Below, one piece after another: positions 8,488-18,054 of a stretch of 64,000 nucleotides of DNA. The DNA is from Chitinivibrionales bacterium (GTDB lineage: Bacteria > Fibrobacterota > Chitinivibrionia > Chitinivibrionales > WJKA01): NCBI GenBank assembly GCA_038247415.1, contig JBBRUX010000002.1, positions 32,001-96,000 on the forward strand, written 5' to 3'. Position numbers and translations under genes: made by a program. The notes beneath the pieces are model-generated. The model worked only from the letters and a program-made list of their open reading frames with translations. It was not told the origin of the DNA and made no database searches. Each line of letters opens with the position of its first letter. Within the stretch, counting starts at the first letter, position 1.

Positions 8488-9816
8488 TTACCATTCGAGG
8501 GTTATTGCCGCCGAGGTTAATCCTGCGCCTACCGTGCAAAAAACAATTTTATCGTTACGGTGCAGAAACTTTTCTATTTCTGCAAGTGCGATAGGAATTG
8601 ACGCACAGGAAGTATTTCCTACATGATCGATATTAAGGAAAAAGCGTTCGAAAGGAACACCGGACTTTTGAGCCGCAGCCTTTAAAATTCGAGCATTTGC
8701 CTGATGCGGTACAACCCAGCGAACTTCGTCTGGTAGCCACCCACTTTGAGCTATTACATCGGCAACAAGCTTTGCAAAACCGCCTGTGGCATGGCGAAAA
8801 AGTGCTTTGCCATCTAAACGAACATATGGATCTGCGGCGGTGCTATTAGCTGGAATTTCGTATCCAGGGTATTCCCGTCTGGCAAGACGCAATCCCGAAG
8901 AATCGGCAAAGAGCATCTCTTTTTTAATACGGTGTCCCTCGCTTGTGCGGGCCAGAACCGTTGCGCCTGCGCCATCACCAAAGAGGAAATAGGTATCTTT
9001 GTCTTTTTTATCGAGTAACCGTGACTGCATATCAACACCAACGCACAAAATGTTATCGGCTATACCCGCAACGAGCATTCCCTTCGCCATAGTCAATGCA
9101 TACAGCCAACCCGAACAAGCAGCGTTCAAATCGAAGCACGGCACACTTGTTATACCAAGCATCCCCTGCAAAATACATGCAGTTGACGGCATAGAAAAAT
9201 CGGGCGTATCGGTAGCAAGTACAATAGCTCCAATGTCCGAAGGCTTTAGTCCAGATTTGGCAATAGCCTCAACTGCTGCATGATATGCGAGTGTTGATGG
9301 TTTTTCGTCAATGTCTGCCCAGCGACGTTCTTTGATGCCTGTTACGCCAAAGATATACTCTTCGGTAATATCGGGAAATTCTTTGAGAAGATCGGCATTC
9401 GTTACAACTCGTTTTGGCAAATACGAACCAATGCCAAGTAAACTAACTTCGGTATTAAAACCCAATGAGGCAGCAGCTGGTTTTGGTTGCGCTTTTGGCG
9501 CTACGGGCTCTTGCGGAGCTGCTTCTGGTTGAGTAGCTTTTGGAGCTGTTGCCAAAAATGCTGCGTCGCTCGTTTGAATTTCGATAACGGGCGTTTCAAA
9601 GGAAACCGTGGCACTTGCAGCTTCAAGAATGCGAACAACAACACCTGCAGCCGGAGCTTCAAATTGAAATGTTGATTTTGCGCTTTCTGCTTCTGCTAAA
9701 ACCGCACCCTTTACAAAGGTATCTCCCGGTTTAACGTTCCACGAAATAATTGTGGCTTCTGTTTCAGCTGCTGCTTGCGCTGGCAGTGATAGTGTTGTCG
9801 TAATCATGTGACTCAC
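8488..9816 (-). CDS. Fusion protein: N-terminal lipoyl/biotinyl carrier domain + Ala/Pro linker + beta-ketoacyl-ACP synthase III (FabH)
   Basis: Lipoyl domain: ATIISWNVKPGD...VLAEAESAKSTFQFEAPAAG. Linker: APKATQPEAAPQEPVAPKAQPKPAAA. KAS III: GIGSYLP, TGIKERR, DLNAACSGW (Cys), FGDGAGA, VPHQAN (His), GNTSCAS (Asn) and GAGLT. Confidence 0.9.
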   Translation of the reverse strand: MSHMITTTLSLPAQAAAETEATIISWNVKPGDTFVKGAVLAEAESAKSTFQFEAPAAGVVVRILEAASATVSFETPVIEIQTSDAAFLATAPKATQPEAAPQEPVAPKAQPKPAAASLGFNTEVSLLGIGSYLPKRVVTNADLLKEFPDITEEYIFGVTGIKERRWADIDEKPSTLAYHAAVEAIAKSGLKPSDIGAIVLATDTPDFSMPSTACILQGMLGITSVPCFDLNAACSGWLYALTMAKGMLVAGIADNILCVGVDMQSRLLDKKDKDTYFLFGDGAGATVLARTSEGHRIKKEMLFADSSGLRLARREYPGYEIPANSTAADPYVRLDGKALFRHATGGFAKLVADVIAQSGWLPDEVRWVVPHQANARILKAAAQKSGVPFERFFLNIDHVGNTSCASIPIALAEIEKFLHRNDKIVFCTVGAGLTSAAITLEW

Positions 9817-11774
9817 CGTAATTCTCCCATCATGGAGGTAATAGCTTCGCGAATAGTATCGATATTAGGCAAATATTGTTTTTCGAGTTCAGGTGCAAAA
9901 GGAACTGGAATATCGGGGGCGCCAATGAGACGTGGCGCTGTTTTAAGTGAAGAAAATGCCTCTTCAACAATTTTTGCAGAGAGCGTTGCCCCAATTCCCG
10001 CAGTTACCCCAGCTTCTTGAACAATTAAAAGGCGTCCTGTTTTGCGAACCGATGCAATGAGGGGTTCCAAATCAAAAGGATTTAAAATAAATGGGTTCCA
10101 GATATCCATCGAATATTTTAGCGTTGATGCCAAAGTTTGTACATGTTTAAGCATTGCGCCAAAACCAATAATGGTGATATCCGACCCCGTCGAGTACGAT
10201 CGAGATTTAAAAACATTTGAAACATCGCCATCAAAGGAGATATCACCCGTGCTTGAGCCATACAGCAATTTATGCTCGAACACCAAGCATGGGTTTGGAT
10301 CGTAAAATCCTGCCACAAGCGCTTCGAACGTTTCTTGTGGTGTAAATGGATACAAAAGTTTAAGACCAGGAAAACGAGACCAGAGCCCATCAAATTCTGC
10401 CGAATGAAAAGCACCAAGCGTTACGCCCCCACCACAGGGGAACCGGTATAATATTTGAGCTCCTTGATGGGCTCTAAAAAACCAGGTTCCCGCATTGAGA
10501 CCAATTTGTGTAACGGCCTCAGTTCCAAAATCGGCAAATTGAAATTCTATAATAGGCTTGGCACCACATTGCGATGCCCCAAGCGCAAAACCGGCAATTC
10601 CCGCTTCGGCAATGGGCATATCCATAACGCGATGTTCACCAAATTTCTCGAATAATCCCTTGCATGTTTTAAAAGCAGACCCATACGGCCCAATGTCTTC
10701 GCCAAGCAAGAGTGCCGACGGTTCGTTTGAGAGGATATATGAAAGTGCCTGAGTAACAGCGGTATTATTTTTAGCTTTTGTTTCGGCAAATGGCTTAAGC
10801 TTTGGTATTTCTGACGAGGCAAACACTTTAATTGACGACAGTGGAAAGGTTGGTCGTCCTAATTGAGTTGCCCGACCACACGCTTCGGTTACAAGATCAC
10901 GTGCAGAAGCTTCGAGAGCATCGATATCGGCAGCACTCATTGACAATTCGGTTTCGAGCACACTACGCGCCCGTGCAATTGGTTCACGCGTCATCCAAAT
11001 GGTTCGTTCGGCTTCGGTTACATATTCGGCATTATCGTATACTGCATGACCTGCAAGTCGAAGCGTTTGAGATTCGAGAATATAAGGTTTGGATGTTTCC
11101 TTCATGATGTCAAGAGCATCGCACACCGACAAATACACGGCCCATGGGTCACATCCGTCAACCGTTTTGCCCAAAATGCCATACCCTAGTGCCCTATCGG
11201 ATAAATTGGCACAATTATACTGGTATCGTGTTGGGGTTGAATAGGCATAATGGTTGTTTTCGATAAGAAAAAGAACGGGAATGTTGCGCACCGAAGCAAT
11301 ATTAACGGACTCGTGAAAATCCCCCGTTGATGTTCCACCATCACCAATAACGGCGCAACCATATACCTCTTCGTTTGCTTGACGAGCGGCATATACGCCA
11401 CCAACAACCAAGGCCAACATATCACCTAAATGGCTTATCATAGGAAAGCGGCGCATGGGCACATTTCCATGATGCACATTGCCTTCTCGCGCATGAGTTA
11501 TTGAACCCTCATTCGCCAAATACTGACAAAAGAGCGCAAAGAGATCGGCGCCTTGCATAACATGCGCACACAAATCGCGATGCAAAAAAGAGAGAACATC
11601 TTTACCAGGGCGAAACGGCAACCCCAGACCAATATTTGTTGCCTCGTTGCCCATACAGGGAATAACTGTACCGCGCGCTTTTCCCTGTCGATACAGCATA
11701 ATAGCTGCATCATCAAATGCACGTGACAAAAGCATATAATGATACGCTAAAGGATAAAACGCTTCGCGAGACAT
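9813..11774 (-). CDS. Fused E1 alpha/beta subunit of a 2-oxoacid (probably branched-chain) dehydrogenase
   Basis: TPP motif GDGGTSTGDFHE...ENNHYA, RLAGHA, LLGEDIG, DMPIAEAG, EFQFADF, GAFHS and FEHKLLY. It overlaps the next gene by 4 nt. The start is uncertain: ATG 11774, ATT 11831 or the ORF-track GTG 11888. Confidence 0.9.
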   Translation of the reverse strand: MSREAFYPLAYHYMLLSRAFDDAAIMLYRQGKARGTVIPCMGNEATNIGLGLPFRPGKDVLSFLHRDLCAHVMQGADLFALFCQYLANEGSITHAREGNVHHGNVPMRRFPMISHLGDMLALVVGGVYAARQANEEVYGCAVIGDGGTSTGDFHESVNIASVRNIPVLFLIENNHYAYSTPTRYQYNCANLSDRALGYGILGKTVDGCDPWAVYLSVCDALDIMKETSKPYILESQTLRLAGHAVYDNAEYVTEAERTIWMTREPIARARSVLETELSMSAADIDALEASARDLVTEACGRATQLGRPTFPLSSIKVFASSEIPKLKPFAETKAKNNTAVTQALSYILSNEPSALLLGEDIGPYGSAFKTCKGLFEKFGEHRVMDMPIAEAGIAGFALGASQCGAKPIIEFQFADFGTEAVTQIGLNAGTWFFRAHQGAQILYRFPCGGGVTLGAFHSAEFDGLWSRFPGLKLLYPFTPQETFEALVAGFYDPNPCLVFEHKLLYGSSTGDISFDGDVSNVFKSRSYSTGSDITIIGFGAMLKHVQTLASTLKYSMDIWNPFILNPFDLEPLIASVRKTGRLLIVQEAGVTAGIGATLSAKIVEEAFSSLKTAPRLIGAPDIPVPFAPELEKQYLPNIDTIREAITSMMGELR

Positions 11775-12152
11775 CCGATGAGGATACCGAATAAGCGTAT
11801 CTGGAGGATATAATCTCGATAATTCCGAAATAAGAGACCCCTTTACCAATAAAGTGCTTATTTGTTGAATGCGAAAATTGCGCAGCACTCAAGATCTGAT
11901 GCTTCCCCGTGGAACCGCATAAGCACAGGCTTTGAAAATAAGTCATTGCGATCGCTACGGAAAGGATGATTTAGGTTAAAAATGTGTTAGGAATCTAAAA
12001 CAGAGTAAGAATTTGGAAGAAGGGCTCTCTTTGGATTATTTTTAATTTCCTTTAAAGTGCCGATATTCTAATCTATATGTATTGGTCGAATGCCTCTCAA
12101 AAGAGCGTATCACCAAAAATATCGGAATTATCTTAATTGTGAGGAGGATAGC

Positions 12153-13361
12153 CTGCTACAGCTCTTACTTGGCCCAACACTTATCACCAAAGCTCTTTTT
12201 ATCGTTGCGGTTGGTTTAACCGGCGCATTGTTTGTTTTTTCTGCCTTTACCGTGCTCTATCACCGATTTATCTACACGAGATCTGTTGTCCGCCGCTATA
12301 AAGGTCCGTATACACCTCGTTGCACCATTGTATTGCCCTGCAAAGGAATACCAAAAAATCTCGATCGCAATCTTAATGCATTTCTTTCGCAAGATTATCC
12401 CAATTACGAATTCATTTTTACGGTTGAAAATGAAAATGATCCTGCATACGCAATCATAAAAGCTGCCATCGCCAATAAACCTCAGGCTAAGATCGTCGTG
12501 GCTGGTTTAGCAACAACGTGTTGCCAAAAAAACAAGAATATGCTCGCAGCACTCGAAATCGCTACGAATCCAGAAGTGTACGTTTTTGCCGACGCCGACA
12601 TAGGACCAACAGCATCATGGCTTAAAGACCTTGTACTGCCCCTTTCAGATCCTAAAACAACCATTGCCACCGGGTTTCGATGGCTTATGCCAGAAAAAGG
12701 AACGCTTGCCGAACTCGTTCACTTTTATATGAATGCATTTTTATATATACTGTATAGCCCAACCTCATACATGGGACAAGTACATGCCTGGGGTGGATCT
12801 ATGGCTATTCGTAAAGCCGATTTCGAACGATGTGGTATTGCCAAGCGTTGGGCAGAAACCGCCGTCGATGATAGCAGCATGTGTGAAGAAGTGCTCAAAC
12901 ACAAAGGCACTTCGGTGCTTGTTCCCCTTTGTATCACGCAGACAAATGATCTCATTCAAACCGTTGGTGGCGCCATAACATGGTTTGAGCGTCAAATGAT
13001 GTATTTGAAATTATACCAAACCCCTATCTGGATTGGTACCGTTCCCGTGATACTTTTTGGTATGGCCATGCAATTATGGCTCCCCATCGCGCTTATTCTC
13101 TCCTTTACCATGCATATTTCATTTTGGGATATCGGTGGAGGCGCAGCACTATCATTTTATATTTGTAAATTTGCCGGCGACATGCTTTTTCCCCTTATTG
13201 GAAAAACACCGCGATGGTTCCTGTTCTACTGCACCCAGCCAGTTTTATTATGGTGCTTTTTGGTGGCATGCTTTAGAACCATATTTACCAATACCATAAC
13301 CTGGAGCGGCGTAAAATATCGTTGTAAATTAAACGGCGTTGTCACAAGCGTGCGGAGATAA
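12153..13361 (+). CDS. Membrane glycosyltransferase, GT2/GT21 ceramide-glucosyltransferase-like (HpnI-like)
   Basis: N-terminal TM helix, LPCKG, QDYPNYE, QKNKN, FADAD, WGGSMAIR, VDDS, C-terminal TMs and ITWSGVKY. Start is probably CTG 12153 after GAGGAGG; the ORF track starts at 12090. Confidence 0.75.
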   Translation: MLQLLLGPTLITKALFIVAVGLTGALFVFSAFTVLYHRFIYTRSVVRRYKGPYTPRCTIVLPCKGIPKNLDRNLNAFLSQDYPNYEFIFTVENENDPAYAIIKAAIANKPQAKIVVAGLATTCCQKNKNMLAALEIATNPEVYVFADADIGPTASWLKDLVLPLSDPKTTIATGFRWLMPEKGTLAELVHFYMNAFLYILYSPTSYMGQVHAWGGSMAIRKADFERCGIAKRWAETAVDDSSMCEEVLKHKGTSVLVPLCITQTNDLIQTVGGAITWFERQMMYLKLYQTPIWIGTVPVILFGMAMQLWLPIALILSFTMHISFWDIGGGAALSFYICKFAGDMLFPLIGKTPRWFLFYCTQPVLLWCFLVACFRTIFTNTITWSGVKYRCKLNGVVTSVRR

Positions 13362-13366
13362 CGGTT

Positions 13367-13984
13367 ATGCGCGCAGCTGTTTTTGCATCGGGAGGTGGAT
13401 CTAATTTCGGTGCACTATTGGCCCGTAAAGCAGCGGGTGATTTACACATCGATTTCGCCTGTGTCATTAGTAATAACAGTGGCGCAGGGGCACTCGATCG
13501 TGCAAAAACAGCGGGCATTCCCACCTTTCACCTACCGCCTACAAAATGTGCAAGCGAAGCAGAGTATTGTTCAAAACTCTTTGCCATACTAAACGACCAT
13601 GCTGTTGACATATGCATTTTAGCCGGGTATATGAAAAAGTTTCCCGATGCTTTAATTGCTCACTACTTTGGTAAAATTATCAATATTCATCCCGCTTTGT
13701 TGCCAGCATTTGGCGGCAAAGGTCATTTTGGGCACCATGTACACGAAGCCGTCATTGCAACCGGTGCAAAAGTTTCGGGGATTACGGTGCATTTTGTGGA
13801 CAACGAATATGACCATGGTCCAATCATATTGCAGCAAACCATTCCCGTTCTTGATACCGATACTGCCCAATCGCTTGCCGATCGAGTGCTGAAACTCGAA
13901 CATCAGTTTTTTTATGTAGCTATCGAGGCTCTTGCCACAGGAAAATTGACAATCTCAGGACGACGGGTTTTATGGCATGACTGA
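13367..13984 (+). CDS. purN: Phosphoribosylglycinamide formyltransferase
   Basis: AVFASGGGSN, LAGYMK, INIHPALLPAFGG, GITVHFVD and YDHGPII. Confidence 0.95.
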   Translation: MRAAVFASGGGSNFGALLARKAAGDLHIDFACVISNNSGAGALDRAKTAGIPTFHLPPTKCASEAEYCSKLFAILNDHAVDICILAGYMKKFPDALIAHYFGKIINIHPALLPAFGGKGHFGHHVHEAVIATGAKVSGITVHFVDNEYDHGPIILQQTIPVLDTDTAQSLADRVLKLEHQFFYVAIEALATGKLTISGRRVLWHD

Positions 13985-14612
13985 TTCGAAAGAACTGTAC
14001 GCCTTTGATGTGCTTATCGCACGAGACCGTAACGCACGTGTGGTTGGCTTAGACGAAGCCGGCAGAGGGCCTCTTGCTGGCCCGGTTGTAGCAGCAGCGT
14101 GCATACTAGATTACGATAGCGAAATACTTGCTGTCAACGACTCGAAAAAACTAACCGCTGCCAAGCGAGACATTCTCTTTGATCAGATTATCGCTAAAGC
14201 AAAGGCCTATTCTATAGCAGAAGCCTCGTGGGAAGAGATAGATTCTCTTAACATTCTTAATGCATCACTTTTGGCCATGCATCGAGCGCTTATGGCGTTG
14301 CCAAAAATATGGTCGCTTGCGCTTGTGGATGGGAACACTCCAATAACAGCACTCCCTCAACAGCAACAGCTGTGTGTTGTCAAGGGAGATGCGCAAAGTG
14401 CGTGTATCGGAGCTGCATCTATTTTAGCCAAGGTAACACGCGATCGGATCATGATCGACATGCATAGTAAATACCCAGAATACGGGTTCGACATACACAA
14501 AGGATATCCAACACCAGCGCATATTAAAATTCTCAAAGAACGCGGAATGACACCCATTCATCGCAGGTCGTTTAGCATAAAGTTTGTAGCACAAACAACC
14601 TTAGAATTATAA
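13977..14612 (+). CDS. rnhB: Ribonuclease HII
   Basis: GLDEAGRGPLAGPV, NDSKKL, VDGN, VKGD, AASILAKVTRD, HKGYPT and HRRSF. Confidence 0.95.
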   Translation: MTDSKELYAFDVLIARDRNARVVGLDEAGRGPLAGPVVAAACILDYDSEILAVNDSKKLTAAKRDILFDQIIAKAKAYSIAEASWEEIDSLNILNASLLAMHRALMALPKIWSLALVDGNTPITALPQQQQLCVVKGDAQSACIGAASILAKVTRDRIMIDMHSKYPEYGFDIHKGYPTPAHIKILKERGMTPIHRRSFSIKFVAQTTLEL

Positions 14613-14673
14613 TTGTAGTGCAGCATCTGTAAGGTTGCTGCGAGACGCATTCATCAATAAGGAGTTCCCGATC

Positions 14674-15978
14674 ATGGCAGAGATTAAAGCTTTTAAAGGT
14701 TTTCGTTATGCGCTTTCTACGCCAACAGATCTTGGCCGCCTTGCGGCACCCCCCTACGATATGATTGATGATGATATGATCGATGCCCTGTATGCACAAG
14801 ATCCGAGCAACGTTGTTCGCCTTATTCAGAATCGTAAAGAGCCAACCGATACTGCAAATAAAGATCGACATGTGCGTGCAGCTTCTTTTCTTACGCAATG
14901 GATTAAAGACGGCACACTACACCGTGATGATGAAGCAGCAGTGTATGTGTATCGGCAAACATTCTCTACCGGTGAAGGCGCTCGAACAAAACAGCACGAA
15001 CGTACCGGTGTTGTTGTCCTCACAAAACTTACCGATTTTTCTGAAGGTGTTGTCAAACCACACGAAAACACGCTCTGGGCTCCCAAAGCAGACCGCTACG
15101 AAAATCTAACCCACCTAGAATGCAACGAGGGCATAATTTTTGGCATTGTGCCCGACACCGGAAGTTTTTATGCGGCAATTAAAGCTTGTGGCACAGGTAA
15201 TCCTGTTGGTGACTTTACCGATAAAGATGCTGTTCGGCATATGCTTTACAAATGCACAGATGCTGCTAGCATAAATACCCTTATCGAATTGGCCAAACCA
15301 AAAACAATCCTTATTGCCGATGGGCATCATCGGTACGAAACTGCGGTTCGCTACGGACGCGAAAAAGGTGATGCTTCACATAGTCATGTGATGATGACAC
15401 TTGTTTCTATGGCCGACCCCGGGCTTGTTATTCGTCCGTTTCATCGGTTGATTCGTACGCAAACGTCGTGCTCTCCAGAACAATTCCTTAACAAACTTTC
15501 TGATTATTTCTCGGTGACAAAAATAGGAACACCCAGTCAAAGTGCGATAGAAGATTTTGTTGCTTCATCGAGTGGCCCCGACCTCCTGTATTGCCATACC
15601 AGCACAAAAACACTCTTCGCCCTTACGCTTTTGGATGCCGGCACTGTGTTTTTACAAAGCAGGAATAACGGACAATCTGCAGCCTGGAACAAGCTCAATG
15701 TATCTATTGTTAATACTATTGCCGTAGGCTCAATTTTATTGCTTCCTTTAAATGGTGAAACCTTGCACGATGTGGTTCGCTACGAAAAAATTGTTTCTAC
15801 AGCCCTTGAGCCAGTCCTAACAACCCCCGATTATTATGGTGCCTTTTTCTTACGATCGATTTCTATCGAATCGATTGATACCATTGTTGACGGGGGTGAA
15901 CGTATGCCTCAAAAATCAACGAACTTTTTCCCAAAGTACTATTCTGGTTTGGTCTTTAATAAACTCGATATCGACTAG
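14674..15978 (+). CDS. DUF1015 family protein
   Basis: MAEIKAFKGFRY, APPYD, PHENT, IADGHHRYET and MPQKSTNFFPK. Start ATG 14674 follows AAGGAG. Confidence 0.85.
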   Translation: MAEIKAFKGFRYALSTPTDLGRLAAPPYDMIDDDMIDALYAQDPSNVVRLIQNRKEPTDTANKDRHVRAASFLTQWIKDGTLHRDDEAAVYVYRQTFSTGEGARTKQHERTGVVVLTKLTDFSEGVVKPHENTLWAPKADRYENLTHLECNEGIIFGIVPDTGSFYAAIKACGTGNPVGDFTDKDAVRHMLYKCTDAASINTLIELAKPKTILIADGHHRYETAVRYGREKGDASHSHVMMTLVSMADPGLVIRPFHRLIRTQTSCSPEQFLNKLSDYFSVTKIGTPSQSAIEDFVASSSGPDLLYCHTSTKTLFALTLLDAGTVFLQSRNNGQSAAWNKLNVSIVNTIAVGSILLLPLNGETLHDVVRYEKIVSTALEPVLTTPDYYGAFFLRSISIESIDTIVDGGERMPQKSTNFFPKYYSGLVFNKLDID

Positions 15979-15997
15979 TAAGGATGGGCACCGATAG

Positions 15998-16996
15998 GTG
16001 TCCACATCTATGAAAAAAATCATTCAGATTTTATTAGGCATGGCAATTGGTGGCGTGGGTCTTTATTTTTTCCTGCGTGGTTTTAATGTAAAGCTTTTGG
16101 GGCAGCAACTTTTGCACACGCCCCTTCTTACCATTGTTCTTGCATCTGCACTCGGTATTGGCAGCCTTTATTTTAGGGCCCTGCGATGGCATATCATGCT
16201 TCCTGTGCTCCCTGGCACCAATAAAACCAAACTTTTTCCTATTGTTGTGATAGCGTTCATGATTAATAATATTTTACCTGCTCGCATTGGTGAAGCAGCC
16301 AGGGTTGTTATATTATGGCGACACAACAAATATCCCGTATTTATTGGTATTGGGACTTTATTACTTGAACGATTTTTTGACACTGCTTTTATTGCCCTCT
16401 TTTTTATTATTCCTGTGTTTCTTATTCCCGGACTTTCAAATTTAGCATCTTCTGCTATTCCCATTGGTATTGGCATTGGCTCAATTTCGCTTGTTGGGAT
16501 CTTATATCTTTTTATTCCTAAACGCATTAAGGCCCCGTTTAAATGGCTGTGCTACAAATTTCCTGCTGGTTTACAAACCAAACTTCTTGCAACAGGACGA
16601 GATCTCTGCGCCAGCGCCGGATGGGCATCCTCGTTTTCTTCATTAGTAACGGTTATCATCCTTTCTTTCGTTGTTGAACTTTGTTACGCTGGTATTGTTC
16701 TTGTCGTGGTGCGAGATCATGCACTCTGCACATGGCTTATGGCCCTTTTTGTGCAGGCAGTTGCATCTCTTGGAGCAGCCATTCCCCTTGCTCCTGGATA
16801 TGTTGGTACCATGGACGCAATGATGTTCTTTGCACTTGAGAAAGTTGGTATTGCGGGTGATTCGGCTCGTGCCATTGCCATTATTTTTCATGCTGCAACA
16901 TGGTTGCCAGTTACGCTTTTAGGCTTATATTACTTTTTTGCCATGGATATTAAATTTAAGGATATAACCAAGGCTAAAGACGAAATTAAAAAATGA
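15998..16996 (+). CDS. Lysylphosphatidylglycerol-synthase TM / UPF0104 flippase-like membrane protein
   Basis: RALRW, NNILPARIGEAAR, LLERFFD and PLAPGYVGT, with multiple TM helices. Confidence 0.85.
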   Translation: MSTSMKKIIQILLGMAIGGVGLYFFLRGFNVKLLGQQLLHTPLLTIVLASALGIGSLYFRALRWHIMLPVLPGTNKTKLFPIVVIAFMINNILPARIGEAARVVILWRHNKYPVFIGIGTLLLERFFDTAFIALFFIIPVFLIPGLSNLASSAIPIGIGIGSISLVGILYLFIPKRIKAPFKWLCYKFPAGLQTKLLATGRDLCASAGWASSFSSLVTVIILSFVVELCYAGIVLVVVRDHALCTWLMALFVQAVASLGAAIPLAPGYVGTMDAMMFFALEKVGIAGDSARAIAIIFHAATWLPVTLLGLYYFFAMDIKFKDITKAKDEIKK

Positions 16997-18054
16997 ATCT
17001 AGCGTATTATATAACATCTCATGGATTTGGTCATGGAGTTAGATCTGCCCTTATTGCCGATTCTTTTGGACCCACTACCCATCTCTTTTTGCGCTCAGAC
17101 CTTCCTGCTGCATTTTTTCACGAAGAAATAAAGCGTCCTTTTGTTCTCTCTGGCGCAGAATTTGATTGCGGTTGCATTCAAACCGATGGCATTACCGTTG
17201 ACATACCCGCTACTATTAAAGAATATACGCGCATTGAGGCTCTTAATAAATCAAGACTTTCCGAAGAAGTTGCTTGGTGTAAAATCAATAACATCGACGC
17301 AATAATTGTTGATACAACACCCTTTGCGTGCGAAATTGCACACGCCGCTGGCATTGCTTCTTTTGTAATAACAAATTTTACCTGGCACGACATCTATGAA
17401 CCCTATGTATCAGATTATCCAGCCTTTAGCCCTTTTGTAGAAACTATAAAAAAACAATATGCCTCAGCAACTGAACTTATAGCGCTGGCTCCCGCAAATC
17501 CAATGACCTATTTTCAAAAACACGTTGACGGAGAAATAGTGGGGCGACGTGGATTTAATGTTCGCAAATCCCTTTTGGAACATTTTAAATGTGATCCCGA
17601 TGCGCATGTCGGATTAATTTACTTAGGGGGATTTGGCTTTGATCGTGCTGCCTGGAATACTCTGCGCGATTTTAGTGGCTGGGAATTTTTTGGATTGTAT
17701 CCTTTTTTTAGTGCGCCGCCAAATTATCATATTATCGATAAAGCATTTTTTCCCTACGAAAATCTTACCGCAACGGCAGATTGCGTTATTGGTAAAATAG
17801 GTTATTCTACCGTTGCCGAATGCATGTGCAACGGAACACCCCTAATTTATTTACCTCGCGAAAACTTTGCCGAATATCCGTATTTATCTGCCGGGGTAGA
17901 AGCCTGGGGAGGCGGGTATTGTTTCACCGAAGAAGCTTTTGACTCGCTTGCTATTGGCGATGCACTTGATAGTTGCGTATCAAAGCCAAAACCAAAAGCC
18001 TGTTATACCGCTGCGGAAAAGAAAATTGCAGCACACATAGAAGCCACGGTCTAA
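16993..18054 (+). CDS. GT-B fold glycosyltransferase-like protein (L-arabinokinase N-terminal-like)
   Basis: YYITSHGFGHGVRS, TNFTWHDIY, and ADCVIGKIGYSTVAEC...YLPRENFAE. Confidence 0.7.
   Translation: MNLAYYITSHGFGHGVRSALIADSFGPTTHLFLRSDLPAAFFHEEIKRPFVLSGAEFDCGCIQTDGITVDIPATIKEYTRIEALNKSRLSEEVAWCKINNIDAIIVDTTPFACEIAHAAGIASFVITNFTWHDIYEPYVSDYPAFSPFVETIKKQYASATELIALAPANPMTYFQKHVDGEIVGRRGFNVRKSLLEHFKCDPDAHVGLIYLGGFGFDRAAWNTLRDFSGWEFFGLYPFFSAPPNYHIIDKAFFPYENLTATADCVIGKIGYSTVAECMCNGTPLIYLPRENFAEYPYLSAGVEAWGGGYCFTEEAFDSLAIGDALDSCVSKPKPKACYTAAEKKIAAHIEATV

Noticed and set aside
6821..9816. Idea that the divergent enolase is part of the E1/lipoyl-FabH operon
   Set aside because: A clear intrinsic terminator (8421-8448) separates them. 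A functional link cannot be supported from sequence alone.
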